From NCBI GenBank assembly GCA_044347165.1, contig JBIIXW010000268.1, positions 15,965 through 79,964 of the forward strand: 64,000 nt of DNA, written 5' to 3'. A model generated the notes under the pieces. That model was given only the letters and a program-made list of their open reading frames with translations. It searched no databases and was not told where the DNA came from. Source of the stretch: Chthoniobacteraceae bacterium. GTDB lineage: Bacteria; Verrucomicrobiota; Verrucomicrobiia; Chthoniobacterales; Chthoniobacteraceae. Positions within the stretch are counted from its first letter, which is position 1; each line of letters begins with the position of its first letter. Shown here piece by piece: positions 43,891-52,612 of the stretch. Both the position numbers and the translations under genes were made by a program.

Positions 43891-44433
43891 CTACGGGGAA
43901 GGCGGAGCGCCGCAGTGGCAATCAAGGCAGCCATGCGTCGCGCACACGCGGCAGGTCGCTTCGAGCAGTTCGCGCAGTCGGCGGCGGGCGCGATGCAGTT
44001 GCACGGTCAGGGTGTTGGCGCTCACGCCGCGCTCGGATGCAAGCACGGTTGGGCTACCGCCACCCAGGTCCACGCGACGGATCAGGTCGCGGTATTGCTC
44101 CGGCAGTTCGGGGAGCAGGCGCTCGAAGCAGGCGCAGAGCAGCCGCGTTTCCTCGGCACCGGCGCTGGCTTCGAGGTTCGTTTCGTAGCTGGCGAGAGCG
44201 CGTTCGCGGGCACCGCGCCGCCGGTGCAGGTCGATGATCGTCCGGCGCAGGATGCGATAGAACCAGCGCACGGCATCGGTTTCCTCCGGCTGATGCTCGG
44301 CGGTGACGGCTTTGAGCAGGCTCTCCTGTACAGCATCCCGCGCCAGTTCGACGTCACCCAACAGCCCGCGTGCGAAAGCGGTGAAGGCTTCGAGATTTTT
44401 CAGCAGGATGGCGGCGGTATCGGCCATGAGCAC
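43891..44433 (-). CDS. CorE-like ECF sigma factor with a C-terminal Cys-rich extension
   Basis: 180 aa. ECF regions 2 and 4 ('DAVQESLLKAV...WFYRILRRTIIDLHRR', 'SERGVSANTLTVQLHRARRRL'). Linker 'LLCACF'. The tail reads 'CRVCATHGCLDCHCG'. No adjacent anti-sigma gene. Divergent from the Cu-ATPase gene. Confidence 0.75.
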   Translation of the reverse strand: MLMADTAAILLKNLEAFTAFARGLLGDVELARDAVQESLLKAVTAEHQPEETDAVRWFYRILRRTIIDLHRRRGARERALASYETNLEASAGAEETRLLCACFERLLPELPEQYRDLIRRVDLGGGSPTVLASERGVSANTLTVQLHRARRRLRELLEATCRVCATHGCLDCHCGAPPSP

Positions 44434-44525
44434 ACCCTAGCGACGAACACCGCCCGGCTCAATAGGAGGCGAGGTGTAAGGTTTCGCCACCGGCTGCGTT
44501 TGTCTCGGTAAAGGAACCAACAGCC

Positions 44526-46976
44526 ATGAACCATCACCATCATTCTCACCCGACCGAGCCAGACGCGACGGCGGCTCCCAAGTCTTGCTGCAACACTCGG
44601 GAGACCGCGGAGGCTGCGACGCCTTCGTGCTGTGCGTCAGAACTAGCGCCGCCAGCTCCCAAAGCTCATTCCTGCTGCGGCGGAGAGCATGGGCACGAGC
44701 ATCATCACAGCGACGTGAAGCCGTCTGCGGCGGCGAAATACTTCTGCCCGATGTGTCCCGGCGTGGAGTCGGATCGGCCCGGCGATTGCCCCAAGTGCGG
44801 CATGGCTTTGGAGCGCAATCCGGCGTGGAAACCCCAGACGATCTACACCTGCCCGATGCACCCGGAGATCGAGCAGGATCATCCGGGCGATTGCCCGATC
44901 TGCGGGATGGCGCTCGAACCGAAGAACGCCACTGCTGAGCCCGAGGAGGAAGACGGCGAACTGCACGACATGACGCGGCGTTTTTGGATCGGCGCGGTGT
45001 TGTCGCTGCCCGTCTTCCTGCTCGCGATGGCGCACCTGCTTCCGAATGCGCCGCATTGGGTCATGGGCGAAGCATCGCGCTGGACGCAGTTCATTCTCTC
45101 CACACCCGTCGTGCTCTGGGCGGGCTGGCCGTTCTTCCTGCGCGGAGCGCGGTCGCTGCGCACGGGGCATTTCAATATGTTCACGCTAATCGCGCTGGGC
45201 GTCGGCGCGGCCTTTGCCTACAGCGCGGTCGCGATGCTCGCGCCGGAATTGTTCCCGGAGTCGATGCGCGGCATGGGCGGCGTGGATATCTACTTCGAGG
45301 CGGCAGCCGTCATCGTCGTCCTCGTGCTGCTCGGCCAGGTGCTGGAACTGCGCGCCCGCAGCCGCACCGGCACAGCAATTCGCGCCCTGCTCAATCTCGC
45401 GCCCGCGACCGCCCGTCTCGTCGAAAACGGCGACGAGCGGGAAGTGCCGCTGGAGCACGTCACCGCTGGAGCCACGCTCCGCGTGCGGCCCGGCGAGAAA
45501 GTGCCCGTCGATGGCGTCGTCCTCGAAGGCCGTTCGGCTGTCGATGAATCCATGCTCACCGGTGAGCCTTTGCCCGTGCAGAAGGGCGAAGGCGACACGG
45601 TGACTGGCGGCACCATCAACGGCACCGGCAGTTTCCTTTTCCGCGCCGAGCGCGTCGGCAGCGAAACGGTGCTCGCGCGCATCGTCCACATGGTCGCGGA
45701 GGCGCAACGCAGCCGCGCGCCGATCCAGGCGCTCGCTGACAAAGTGGCCGGCTACTTCGTGCCCGCCGTTCTCGGCATCGCCGCGCTCACCTTCGTCGTG
45801 TGGTTCTTCTTTGGCCCAGAGCCGCGGTTGGCGCACGCCATCGTCAACGCCGTCGCGGTCCTCATCATCGCGTGCCCGTGCGCGCTCGGCCTCGCCACGC
45901 CCATGTCGATCATGGTCGGCGTCGGACGCGGCGCGCAGGCCGGCGTGCTCGTGAAAAATGCCGAAGCCATCGAGCGGCTCGAAAAAGTAACGACCGTGGT
46001 CGTGGATAAAACGGGCACGCTGACCGAGGGCAAACCCCGCCTCGTCGAACTGCGGCCCGTCGGCGGGATCTCCGAGAATGAATTGCTCGCCCGCGCCGCC
46101 GCCGTCGAGCAGGCCAGCGAACATCCGCTCGGCGCGGCCGTCGTCGCAGCCGCAAGGGAACGCGGTATCGCTTTGCCGGCGGCGAAGGACTTCGCCTCCA
46201 CGACCGGCCGCGGCGTGAGTGCGATCGTGAACGGCGTGCCCGTGCTCGCGGGCAAACTCGATTTCCTGAAGTCTCTCGCCGTCGAAGGCGCGGACGCCTT
46301 GGCCACGCACGCCGAACCGCTCCAAAACCTGGGGCAGACCGCGATCTTCGTGGCCGTCGATGGAAAGGCCGCGGGCGTCGTATCGGTCGCCGATCCCATC
46401 AAAACCTCCACGCCCGAAGCCGTGCGCGCGCTCCACCGCGCCGGCTTGGAAATCCTGATGCTCACCGGCGACAATGAACGCACCGCCCGCGCGGTCGCCG
46501 AGCAACTCGGCATCGACCGCATCGAAGCCGGCGTCCAGCCGCACGACAAACACGCGCGAGTCAAAGCGTTGCGCGAACAAGGCAAAGTCGTCGCCATGGC
46601 CGGCGATGGCATCAACGACGCGCCCGCACTCGCCGCCGCCGATGTGGGCATCGCGATGGGCACAGGCACCGATGTGGCGATGGAAAGCGCCGGTGTCACG
46701 CTCGTCAAAGGCGACCTCAGGGGCATCTCCCGCGCGATCAAGCTAAGCCGCGCGCTGATGAGCAATATTCGGCAGAACCTGTTCTTCGCCTTCCTCTACA
46801 ACGCCCTCGGCATTCCCATTGCGGCGGGCGTGCTGTATCCCGTCTTCGGTTGGCTGCTCAGCCCCATCATCGCTGGTGCCGCCATGAGCCTCAGCTCTGT
46901 TTCCGTCATCGGAAACGCTCTTCGGCTTCGCACGGTGAAGCTGGATGAGCCCACTCAGGTGGAGTCCGCATCCTAA
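44526..46976 (+). CDS. copA: Copper-translocating P-type ATPase (PIB-1, CopA-like) with two N-terminal heavy-metal-binding domains
   Basis: 816 aa. Carries '[10 protein letters not shown]', 'DKTGTLT', 'GDGINDAP', 'FLYNALGIP' (YN) and '[15 protein letters not shown]' (MxxSS). The N-terminus has '[24 protein letters not shown]' and '[26 protein letters not shown]', plus His/Cys-rich 'MNHHHHSH...CC...CC'. Confidence 0.9.
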   Translation: MNHHHHSHPTEPDATAAPKSCCNTRETAEAATPSCCASELAPPAPKAHSCCGGEHGHEHHHSDVKPSAAAKYFCPMCPGVESDRPGDCPKCGMALERNPAWKPQTIYTCPMHPEIEQDHPGDCPICGMALEPKNATAEPEEEDGELHDMTRRFWIGAVLSLPVFLLAMAHLLPNAPHWVMGEASRWTQFILSTPVVLWAGWPFFLRGARSLRTGHFNMFTLIALGVGAAFAYSAVAMLAPELFPESMRGMGGVDIYFEAAAVIVVLVLLGQVLELRARSRTGTAIRALLNLAPATARLVENGDEREVPLEHVTAGATLRVRPGEKVPVDGVVLEGRSAVDESMLTGEPLPVQKGEGDTVTGGTINGTGSFLFRAERVGSETVLARIVHMVAEAQRSRAPIQALADKVAGYFVPAVLGIAALTFVVWFFFGPEPRLAHAIVNAVAVLIIACPCALGLATPMSIMVGVGRGAQAGVLVKNAEAIERLEKVTTVVVDKTGTLTEGKPRLVELRPVGGISENELLARAAAVEQASEHPLGAAVVAAARERGIALPAAKDFASTTGRGVSAIVNGVPVLAGKLDFLKSLAVEGADALATHAEPLQNLGQTAIFVAVDGKAAGVVSVADPIKTSTPEAVRALHRAGLEILMLTGDNERTARAVAEQLGIDRIEAGVQPHDKHARVKALREQGKVVAMAGDGINDAPALAAADVGIAMGTGTDVAMESAGVTLVKGDLRGISRAIKLSRALMSNIRQNLFFAFLYNALGIPIAAGVLYPVFGWLLSPIIAGAAMSLSSVSVIGNALRLRTVKLDEPTQVESAS

Positions 46977-46979
46977 AAT

Positions 46980-47000
46980 GGTAACCACTTTGGTAACCAC
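46980..47000 (+). repeat. Tandem GGTAACCAC direct repeat (two copies with a 3-nt spacer) between copA and the half-tRNA
   Basis: ggtaaccac-ttt-ggtaaccac lies at 46980-47000. Confidence 0.5.
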
Positions 47001-47135
47001 CGTGGAAAATGCTGGGGCAGAGGCTGGCGGAACCTGTCGTAACGATGTACTCGCTTTAGTGGCCGATTCGTAGGCACTTACGAGGCGCTGTCGGAGTCTG
47101 TCGGGGTAAGTCGTCTCCGGCCAGAATTGCTCTTT

Positions 47136-47185
47136 TTTCGTTCGGGACGAAGAGGCCGCGGGTTCGAATCCCGCCAGCCCGACCA
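47136..47185 (+). other. 3' half of a tRNA-Pro(CGG) (anticodon arm through CCA) with no 5' half; att-like island junction
   Basis: Reads TTTCG-TTCGGGA-CGAAG (anticodon arm, anticodon CGG, G37), then AGGCC (variable loop), GCGGG-TTCGAAT-CCCGC (T arm), CAGCCCG-A-CCA (acceptor 3' strand). The upstream sequence gives neither a D arm nor a CGGGCTG acceptor strand. Confidence 0.65.
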
Positions 47186-47342
47186 CTTTGAGGCATCTGG
47201 GGAATTAACGTTCCTCGGTGTTGGGGGATACCTCTCGGCGATCCGAGTAGATATTTGACACGCGTCAGACGGTTTGAAAGTCCATCCGGCAGAGGGACTC
47301 CGGATTTGGCGAGGGGTTCCGGAGTAGACTGTGATGGCTGAA

Positions 47343-48656
47343 CTAGGAGAGGTCGAGGGATCCGTCAGCGCAGAGATCGGCTTGGCCGAATGTCGAGAGT
47401 CCGGTGTGGCCCATCGCGTGAGCGAGGGAGAGCCAGAGTCGATTGTGCGGCACCTTGTCAAACTGAACGGAGCGGCCCATTCGGAACCCAGCCCCGCTTC
47501 CCACGAGGACGAGGGGAACGTTGTCGAGGGTGTGGGAGTTCCCTTTGCCGAGTTCGTTCGTCCAAAGCACGAGGGTGTTGTCGAGCATGGACCCTGTCCC
47601 GCCTGGCTCGGGAGTGTCGCGAAGCTTGGTCAGGAGGTAAGCGAGTTCGCCGGCGAACCATTGGTTAATCTTCAGCAGCTTTGCGTAGGCGTCCTTGTTG
47701 GAGTCGGGTTCGTGCGAGAGCGTGTGGTGTCCTTCCTCGACACCAATCCATCGCATCTGCGCGTTTCCGACGCTCCGCATGTACTGAAGGGTCGCCACAC
47801 GCGCCATGTCGTTGGCGAACGCGTTCACCAAGAGGTCAATCTGCATGCGACTGATCTTTGGAGTGTTGTCATTGACCAATTCCACACCGGGGTCGGGTGG
47901 GGGCATTCGGTGAGTGATTGAATTATCAGGCGGAGCTTTCAGTTCCTTTTCGAAACCTCGGACCAGTTCCATGTGCTGCTGCAAGAGCTGTTTGTCGCTG
48001 CTGCTTAAGCGAGAGCCCACTTTTCGGAAATCCTCTTTCACGTCGTCCAGCACGCTCACGAGCAGATCCTTGTCCTTCACCGTGCCGTACAGTTTGGAGA
48101 ACATTCGGTAGGGATCATCCAGTGGCGCAACGGGTTGGTTAGGTCCGAGGTAGGACATCCGAGTCCAAGGGTCTGCGCGGTTTGGTACCGCTACACCGAA
48201 CTCCAAGGAGCCAAAGCGTGTTTTCGTTGCGGGATTTTTTTGAAGGAACTGTTTGATTTCCTGATCAATCGAGATGCTGCTGGCCCAACCTGCTGGCTGG
48301 CCGCCGCCGCCCATGATGTTGCCCGGCAACAGTCCGTTTGCCGTAAGCAGGCAACTCATTCCGCGCATGTGTTGGTCTCCATCGCCGCGGATTTTGTTGT
48401 AAACGCCCTTCACCATCAGGGTCTGATCTCGAAAAGGCGCAAGTGCTTCCAAGATGGGTTTGAAAGCGAAATCGTTGCCCTGGGCGTCAGGCCAGAAATC
48501 CTCCGGCAATGTACCGTTGGGCGAGAACATGATGATGAGCCGTTGGCGTTTCGCGGGTGCATCGGCGCCATTCAGGCTTGGGAGCGTTGCGAGGAAAGGG
48601 AGCGCTGCCGAGGAGATGCCGAGCTGGCGGAGGAAGGAACGGCGGTTGGTGTTCAT
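47343..48656 (-). CDS. DUF1552-family protein (Tat signal)
   Basis: 437 aa. 'RRSFLRQLGISSAALPFL' and 'EEGHHTLSHEPD'. Located downstream of a DUF1592-type gene, the usual PVC pairing. Confidence 0.7.
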   Translation of the reverse strand: MNTNRRSFLRQLGISSAALPFLATLPSLNGADAPAKRQRLIIMFSPNGTLPEDFWPDAQGNDFAFKPILEALAPFRDQTLMVKGVYNKIRGDGDQHMRGMSCLLTANGLLPGNIMGGGGQPAGWASSISIDQEIKQFLQKNPATKTRFGSLEFGVAVPNRADPWTRMSYLGPNQPVAPLDDPYRMFSKLYGTVKDKDLLVSVLDDVKEDFRKVGSRLSSSDKQLLQQHMELVRGFEKELKAPPDNSITHRMPPPDPGVELVNDNTPKISRMQIDLLVNAFANDMARVATLQYMRSVGNAQMRWIGVEEGHHTLSHEPDSNKDAYAKLLKINQWFAGELAYLLTKLRDTPEPGGTGSMLDNTLVLWTNELGKGNSHTLDNVPLVLVGSGAGFRMGRSVQFDKVPHNRLWLSLAHAMGHTGLSTFGQADLCADGSLDLS

Positions 48657-48705
48657 GGGAGGGTGGCAATGATGCGTTGAGAGAATAGTTTGGTGAGCTG
48701 GCGAA

Positions 48706-51117
48706 TCAACGGGATGTCTCGGCGACCTTCACCGCCTCGGCGGACGATGCAGAGGCCCTCACCTTTGCGATCGAGGCAATGAGCTGCCTGATGCTAAATC
48801 CGCTTTCTTGGAATGACTTGCGCAAGGATTCAGTTGTTGCTGGACCAAACGCAATCGGCGGTTGTTTGACGAGGTGATGGAACAGGTGGCGGATGAAAGC
48901 GTCATGTGCGAACGGGCTTGAAACCGCGTGTTCGGCCACGTCGCGAGGGCCTTTGAAGTGACTGGTCCCGCCTTCCTCGGATTCGTAGTTCACAACGGTG
49001 TCGATGGGCTTGTTGTTGTCGGTGGTGCGCCAGCGTCCGACGGTGTCGAAGTTTTCGAGGGTGAACCCGAGTGGGTTGATGAGGGCGTGGCATCCTGCGC
49101 AGTTCGCGTTCTTCGTGAGGGACGTGACCTTTTCCCGCATGGTGAGGGACGGATCAAACTTCGCGTCTTCGAACGACGCTGCGACGGACGGATTTTTCAA
49201 GTTTACGCCGAGGATGTTACGACAAAGGAAGACGCCTCGGTGGATGGGTGAACTGGTGCGGCTGTAGGCCATTGCTGACAGCAGGTATGGATGGGTGAGA
49301 ACTCCTGCATGTTGGCCCTCAGGGAGCGTCACTTTTTGGAAGCCCTCGCCCTCGGTGGTTGCCCCGTAGTATTTGGCGAGACGCTGGTTCAGCCAAAGGT
49401 GCGTTCCGAGCAGCAGTTCGCGGTAATCCGAACGGTCGCTCCACACGATTTCATCGAGGAACAAACGCAGGGAAGTCCGCAAGTCTGCCTTCATCCCCGC
49501 ATCGAACTCGGGAAACGCTTTCGCATCCTTCGTGGTGGTCTCTGCGCGTTCGGTGTCGAGCCACACGTCGAAAAACTGATCCATTTTCGCGCGCGTTCTC
49601 GGGTCGTTGACCATGCGCTGAATCTCTTTGTCGAGTTCCTCCGGTTTGGAGAGACGTCCCTCGGACGCGGCTTTCCAGAGGGCGGTATCGGGAAGGGAAT
49701 CCCAGAGGGTCAGCGCGAGTCGTGATGCCATTGCGTAACCGTCATTTTCCTCGAGGTCGGGAGCTCCGGGGTACAGAAAACGAGGCGATTTCAGTGCATA
49801 CAAAATCACGCGTTTGACTGCGACGGCGGGGGTGGGGGACTTTGTGAACGCCGCTCCGACGATGCGCGTTCGTTCGTCTTCGTTGATGGGGTGGCGAAAC
49901 GCTGCTTCAAGAAAACGGTGGGCAAAATCGGTGAGCTTTTCGGTGCGATCGGGCGCTCCTGCCTTGGTTCCGGCGAGTGCATCGAGATCGGAGTCAACGT
50001 GGTCGGCGACCTCCAGAGCGATTGCGGTGGTTGCGTGGTCCCACTCTTTTGAGAGGCTCGTCCCTCGTTCGTACCCGTCGCTCCGGTCGTCGGCGGGTAG
50101 AGCTGACGATGCGACGAAATTCGGTCTGACCTCTTGGGGCACGAGATGGCGTGCAGGAATTCGCTCGAGGACACCGTGAGGCGGTTTCCACCAGAGTTCG
50201 AGAGATGCACTTTTGTCTTTGAACTTCAGGAGTTCCGTGAGGATGCGGTAAGGACGGCCTCCGAGCAGGAACACGGTTTTGCGTTCTTCTCGAACCTCGG
50301 GGCCGGTACTGACCCACGCGTCGATGAGGGGGTCTTTGCTGTTCACGTAAAAGCGAACCCCGTTTTCGCTTTTCACGAGGAACTCGTAGGTGCCTGTCTC
50401 TGGCGCAATTAACGAACCTGCGCAGCGAATTTGGAACTCGCTGGACAGCATCTTTGCGGGGTCTGGGCTTTCGGCTCCGAGGTGAATGTTCACCCCCGGT
50501 TCAACGCGTTCCAGCTTCTCAGGGCGCTTCATCTTCTTTTGAAGCTCGTCGCGTTTTTTCCCGTCCTTCTCTGCATCACGGGCGGCGATTTCCTCGGGAG
50601 TGGGAATCGTGAAGCCGTTGTAGGTGATTTTGAGTCCCTGTTCTTTCGATTGAACGCGATCGAAACCGGGACGAAAGCGGCCGAGGAGGTCGCTGACGGA
50701 GTTCCGGTACTGGTTGATGGTAAGGCGAGAAAACGCTTCGCGGACGGGGCGGATTTTCGCCTGAGCGGCGGGGGAGTAGAAGGCGTCGAAGATGTAGGCG
50801 GCTACGTTGCGAGCATCGTCGCCTGTGCAGGTGCCTTCTTTACCTTCCGGCATGGTTTTCTCGATGAGTCGCGCGAGGCCTGCCACTGAACGTGTCCCCG
50901 TGAGGGTATCGTCGTATTTGTCCTTAACGCCCTGCCCGTGGTCACCGTGGCAGGATGCGCATCGGTCTCGGTAAATCTTGGCTCCGGGATGTGACATGAA
51001 CGCCGCGACCTCCTCGGCACGGGCGCTGACAAGTCCGGCAAACATGAGGCTTGCGTACGCGATGAGGAGAGCGAAGGAGCGTGCGAGTGGCCGAAAGAAA
51101 GTTAGAAGGGACATCAT
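48706..51117 (-). CDS. DUF1592/DUF1595/DUF1587/DUF1588/DUF1585-type protein with an N-terminal cytochrome c motif
   Basis: 803 aa. 'CASCHGDHGQG' and 'CAGCHALINPLGFTLENFDTVGRWR'. Confidence 0.7.
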   Translation of the reverse strand: MMSLLTFFRPLARSFALLIAYASLMFAGLVSARAEEVAAFMSHPGAKIYRDRCASCHGDHGQGVKDKYDDTLTGTRSVAGLARLIEKTMPEGKEGTCTGDDARNVAAYIFDAFYSPAAQAKIRPVREAFSRLTINQYRNSVSDLLGRFRPGFDRVQSKEQGLKITYNGFTIPTPEEIAARDAEKDGKKRDELQKKMKRPEKLERVEPGVNIHLGAESPDPAKMLSSEFQIRCAGSLIAPETGTYEFLVKSENGVRFYVNSKDPLIDAWVSTGPEVREERKTVFLLGGRPYRILTELLKFKDKSASLELWWKPPHGVLERIPARHLVPQEVRPNFVASSALPADDRSDGYERGTSLSKEWDHATTAIALEVADHVDSDLDALAGTKAGAPDRTEKLTDFAHRFLEAAFRHPINEDERTRIVGAAFTKSPTPAVAVKRVILYALKSPRFLYPGAPDLEENDGYAMASRLALTLWDSLPDTALWKAASEGRLSKPEELDKEIQRMVNDPRTRAKMDQFFDVWLDTERAETTTKDAKAFPEFDAGMKADLRTSLRLFLDEIVWSDRSDYRELLLGTHLWLNQRLAKYYGATTEGEGFQKVTLPEGQHAGVLTHPYLLSAMAYSRTSSPIHRGVFLCRNILGVNLKNPSVAASFEDAKFDPSLTMREKVTSLTKNANCAGCHALINPLGFTLENFDTVGRWRTTDNNKPIDTVVNYESEEGGTSHFKGPRDVAEHAVSSPFAHDAFIRHLFHHLVKQPPIAFGPATTESLRKSFQESGFSIRQLIASIAKVRASASSAEAVKVAETSR

Positions 51118-51307
51118 GTGCGTATCTCGTCAGGCGTGACCCCGAGAGGAGCCATACTCCGAGAAAAAAGTGGGCCACGTGTGTGGCTGAATGTCGCACG
51201 CCGGTGGGGGTGGCAAATCGGTGGTTTTTCTCAGCGCGAGGACTCCACCTTTTGCCGCGACATCGCGATGGATTCACTGCGTGTAGGTGTGGACGCGGGT
51301 GACTAGA

Positions 51308-51613
51308 CTACCGCTGAAGACGCTCATTGACGGTAGAAGCCACCATCAAGTCACTGGTGAGTTCGTCCTCCGGAGTTTGTAGGGCAGATACGCCCCACCG
51401 TTCGAGGTCATAGAGAAAGTGAACTCTAGGCATACCAACAAGGTCCGCAGCCTGTCCTGAGGTGAGTTTTCCTGCGTCGAATAGCTTCACCGCCATCGCC
51501 ATCCGTGCATCGCGCTCAAATTCACGCTTCGACATGTGTAGCGAATCAAGAGTGGACTCTGGGTATTCGACGCTAAACGTCTTCGTGGGAGAAGTGTATT
51601 GCGGCGTCTCCAC
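51308..51613 (-). CDS. UPF0175-family antitoxin-like protein (orphan)
   Basis: 101 aa. 'ARMAMAVKLFDAGKLTSGQAADLVGMPRVHFLYDLERWGVS'. There is no room for a toxin ORF downstream. Confidence 0.55.
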   Translation of the reverse strand: METPQYTSPTKTFSVEYPESTLDSLHMSKREFERDARMAMAVKLFDAGKLTSGQAADLVGMPRVHFLYDLERWGVSALQTPEDELTSDLMVASTVNERLQR

Positions 51614-51652
51614 CCAATCAAGGCGTTGCCCGCACGCGTCCCACTAGTCGCT

Positions 51653-52585
51653 TCAAATCGCCCAGTCGTCCCAGTTGTCTCCCTTGCGGTTCTTTTCGAG
51701 GATTTGAAGTTCCTGCTCTCGGTAGAACACCAGCGAGCGCGGGGGGACGCTCCGGGTCAGGAAAACGCCGGCGCCAATCGTTGAGCCTGCCCCAACGACC
51801 GTGTCGCCGCCCATAATTGTGGTTCCCGCGTAGATGGTGACGTTGGCCTCGATGGTGGGGTGGCGCTTCTTCCCCTTCAACGCCTGCCCACCCGCGAGTG
51901 AACGCGCGATGAGGGAGACGCCTTGATAGAGTTTTACGTTCGAACCGATGACGGACGTTTCTCCAATGACCACGCCCGTGCCGTGGTCGATGAAGAAGTG
52001 GCTTCCAATCTGCGCGCCCGGATGAATATCGATGCCGGTCCGACTGTGCGCCCATTCGGTCATGATTCGCGGCAAAAGTGGTACCGAGAGGCGGTACAGC
52101 AGGTTGGCGCAGCGCTGAATCGCGATGGCTTCGACGAAGGGGTACGCGAGGATAATCTCATCTGCGCCCGACGCCGCAGGGTCGCCGTTGAAGGCCGTCT
52201 GAACGTCGGTTTGCAGTGTCGCACGAACTTGAGGAAGGCCGGCGAGGAATGCGCTGGTGTGACGGGACGCCATTGCCGCAGCGTCGGCTCCTTTGCTGCA
52301 CGTCGAAAGGCTTTTGCCGATTTCCTGCTGCAACCGCTCGCCGAGTGAGCGAATGCGGTGCTGCGTGACGCGGGCGATGTGGACCGAGTGAATTGGTTCA
52401 AGGTCGTGAAACCCCGGAAAAAGCAGTTGAAGCAAATCTTCGCACAGTTCTGAGACTGCGCGTTTTGAAGGAAGGTTGGTGCCGTCAATGTGGTTCATCC
52501 CGCCAATCCGATAGGACTCAAGCAAGGATGCCCCGAGGGTTTCGAAGTCGGGCGGATCGATTTCGCTGGGATTCGGGGCGGACAT
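51653..52585 (-). CDS. cysE: Serine O-acetyltransferase
   Basis: 310 aa. Hexapeptide-repeat core 'GIDIHPGAQIGSHFFIDHGTGVVIGETSVIGSNVKLYQGVSL' with an N-terminal SATase helical domain. Confidence 0.85.
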   Translation of the reverse strand: MSAPNPSEIDPPDFETLGASLLESYRIGGMNHIDGTNLPSKRAVSELCEDLLQLLFPGFHDLEPIHSVHIARVTQHRIRSLGERLQQEIGKSLSTCSKGADAAAMASRHTSAFLAGLPQVRATLQTDVQTAFNGDPAASGADEIILAYPFVEAIAIQRCANLLYRLSVPLLPRIMTEWAHSRTGIDIHPGAQIGSHFFIDHGTGVVIGETSVIGSNVKLYQGVSLIARSLAGGQALKGKKRHPTIEANVTIYAGTTIMGGDTVVGAGSTIGAGVFLTRSVPPRSLVFYREQELQILEKNRKGDNWDDWAI

Positions 52586-52612
52586 TTGAGGAGTCGAATC
52601 GGAGGTAAGGAA

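Larger units (their letters stand above)
1..47185. mobile_element. Heavy-metal resistance genomic island (left end lies outside the window); right end at a tRNA-Pro(CGG) 3'-half remnant
   Basis: Contiguous metal efflux and detoxification genes. Hand-counted GC is about 63-77% on sampled lines, versus about 50-67% to the right of 47.2 kb. Ends at a half-tRNA at 47136-47185. Housekeeping genes (valS, cysE) appear only to the right. Confidence 0.5.

Noticed and set aside
44434-44525. An explicit ECF promoter in the corE-like/copA divergent region.
   Set aside because: GGAAC at about 44511 is too close to the copA start, and other GAAC occurrences lack a plausible -10 element at the right spacing. 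No call is made.
47102-47185. A complete (possibly long-arm) tRNA or a tmRNA 3' end.
   Set aside because: The only upstream candidate for the acceptor strand (cggggta) matches 5 of 7 positions and lies 8 nt too far away. No D stem or GG loop can be formed. The acceptor lacks the G3:U70 pair expected of tmRNA. Only the 3' half (47136-47185) folds.
51118-51307. A toxin partner (PIN/DUF3368-type) for the UPF0175 antitoxin-like gene.
   Set aside because: Only about 190 nt separate it from the next gene, and no plausible ORF is present. I treat it as an orphan or remnant.
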